Below are positions 58,421 to 59,515 of a DNA stretch of 59,515 bases, in pieces (position 1 is the stretch's first letter; each line of letters begins with the position of its first letter). The notes under the pieces are model-generated. The model saw nothing but the letters and a program-made list of their open reading frames with translations. It had not been told where the DNA came from and made no database searches. Source of the DNA: an uncultured Gammaproteobacteria bacterium (lineage in GTDB: Bacteria; Patescibacteriota; Microgenomatia; UBA8517); assembly GCA_964500695.1 (NCBI GenBank), contig CAZCNT010000001.1, forward strand, positions 1 through 59,515. Direction: 5' to 3'. The position numbers and the translations under genes are program-made.

Positions 58421-58663
58421 TTCGCCAGCAACCAGTCTACTAATTAATTCTTGTGGTTTTAATGAATTTTGTTCTGCTGCTTGTCTCACTGTTGTATTAA
58501 AACGAACCTCATAAATATTAGCATCTTCAGGCCAAATAAATCCGCGTGAGCCTTTTGGCTCATCGTCCCGCTTAATTATTATGTGAGGTTTAGGCTCGGG
58601 ATAGTATTTTAATTCTGGTGTCATGGCTGTGAGTGTACTACTACTACTACTGTTTATAATCAA
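58379..58663 (-). CDS. hypothetical protein (uncertain)
   Basis: 94-aa ORF whose 3' end overlaps vapC by 42 nt. The likely start is the internal MTPELKYY. Confidence 0.35.
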   Translation of the reverse strand: MIINSSSSSTLTAMTPELKYYPEPKPHIIIKRDDEPKGSRGFIWPEDANIYEVRFNTTVRQAAEQNSLKPQELISRLVAGESFNFDPSIKLIKG

Positions 58664-58685
58664 ATTAGAATAAAATCTGGCTGAC

Positions 58686-58985
58686 GTGGTTATGCAAAAA
58701 GTTGGTGATATTATTCAAAAGTACAAATTAGACGATACTGACAAATATGTCTCCCGTGAATTTCAAAAATATGCCTATGACCTCTCGGTTGAACTAAATG
58801 ATTTGAAGCACAAATCTTTATACATGAAGCTTGCCAAAGAGACTCCGAGAATTTTACTTGAGAAAGCGAGGAGCTTTGTTAAAGACGCCCAAAATGCCAG
58901 AAGCAAGGGGAGGCTGTTCATGTGGAAGTTGAAGCAGTTGAAAACTGCTGCAACTGACACACAAGAGGAGCGCAAGCGAAGCTGA
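58686..58985 (+). CDS. hypothetical basic helical protein
   Basis: 99-aa ORF. Likely ATG at 58692. Confidence 0.5.
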   Translation: MVMQKVGDIIQKYKLDDTDKYVSREFQKYAYDLSVELNDLKHKSLYMKLAKETPRILLEKARSFVKDAQNARSKGRLFMWKLKQLKTAATDTQEERKRS

Positions 58986-59059
58986 GAACTCTTATGTGGA
59001 AGCTTTTCGAGCTTAAGAAGTCGAAAAATGAATCTTGACAGCAGGTATATAATGGCGTC

Positions 59060-59278
59060 ATGGCAATAACGGATATACCACTTTGGGTAAAAAAAGTTGA
59101 GAAAGTGGCAGAAATAAGAAGGCAGGAAAAAGAACTTAGCCATCATGATTTTGGGTGGTTACACATAGAAGGAACCTGTGAAACGGGTAAGACCGATACA
59201 ACCGATGACGGCAAATTCAGACTGATATGCTACACACACAAAGTTACTAGCTCTCTCGAGAAGATTCCTTCACGGTAA
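59060..59278 (+). CDS. hypothetical protein
   Basis: 72-aa ORF with no recognisable family. Confidence 0.4.
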   Translation: MAITDIPLWVKKVEKVAEIRRQEKELSHHDFGWLHIEGTCETGKTDTTDDGKFRLICYTHKVTSSLEKIPSR

Positions 59279-59298
59279 TATATAATAAGTTACTGCTT

Positions 59299-59515
59299 AT
59301 GAAACGCGAGATATTCTTACATTTTTCTTTCTGGTTTTCCTTCTTTGTCTTTGTCGCCTTCGCCAAACATTATTTAAGTTTGCCATATTGGGGGTTTTGG
59401 CTTGGAGGGATTGTCGGCACCCTTTTACCTGATCTTGACCATATAATTTATTTCTATCTGGTAAAGCCGGCAGAACTGACTTCTCAAAGATTTAACTTTC
59501 TTCTTGAGAAGCGAC
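59299..59515 (+). CDS. hypothetical membrane protein, N-terminal part (runs off the window end)
   Basis: ATG at 59299. Hand translation MKREIFLHFSFWFSFFVFVAFAKHYLSLPYWGFWLGGIVGTLLPDLDH... Confidence 0.5.
   Translation, partial: MKREIFLHFSFWFSFFVFVAFAKHYLSLPYWGFWLGGIVGTLLPDLDHIIYFYLVKPAELTSQRFNFLLEKR

Overview
59.5-kb, A+T-rich, tightly packed bacterial segment with small genes and the standard code (TGA is a stop). The gene content suggests a reduced-genome Patescibacteria/CPR (Microgenomates-like) organism; this is inference only. Supporting content: short archaeal-type TIM, class I aldolase, split transketolase, compact PGK, ATP-dependent DNA ligase, two class II RNRs, many small membrane-anchored proteins, several type II TA pairs and three four-helix-bundle IVS-protein genes. 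Housekeeping genes: epmA-efp, tpiA, rpiB, pgk, gap, tkt (two subunits), fba, a pfkB-family kinase, two PBP1A paralogs, nrdR-nrdJ-nrdJ-pduO, trpS, ftsH, 5'-3' exonuclease, mutM, recF, ligase, pth, three GT4 glycosyltransferases, a Xer-like recombinase and three tRNAs. Accessory genes: Phd/RelE x2, VapBC x2, a solo Phd-like ORF, Fic, a lone HEPN protein, a VirD4/TraD-like ATPase, GIY-YIG and GxxExxY genes, and a four-gene cluster of Cys-rich exported proteins. The most unusual signal, read directly from the DNA, is a pervasive layer of degenerate short-period (7-, 8-, 9-nt) word arrays. (i) They occur as inverted pairs bracketing three four-helix-bundle genes and a GxxExxY nuclease-fold gene; a tandem Nfu_N-like gene is bracketed by a short non-array IR with a 9-nt word patch abutting it. 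(ii) They occur as cargo-less hairpins at operon ends. (iii) They are translated in frame inside conserved genes (recF, 5'-3' exonuclease, ligase, pduO, gap, pth, and the N-terminus of fba). In addition, a 26-nt G+C-rich element sits at three loci and is read in two different frames in transketolase and ligase. Each cassette has different arm sequences but keeps arm complementarity, which resembles 23S-rRNA intervening-sequence stems rather than transposase TIRs. Other notable items: tRNA-Ile(UAU) enclosed by a leader-trailer stem and followed by two CCA-ending tRNA 3'-half relics; an atypical second tRNA(CAU); NrdR boxes upstream of the nrd module; a TA cassette flanked by a duplicated gene 5' end; and several promoters placed for leaderless mRNAs. 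No CRISPR array, rRNA gene or recognisable prophage was seen.
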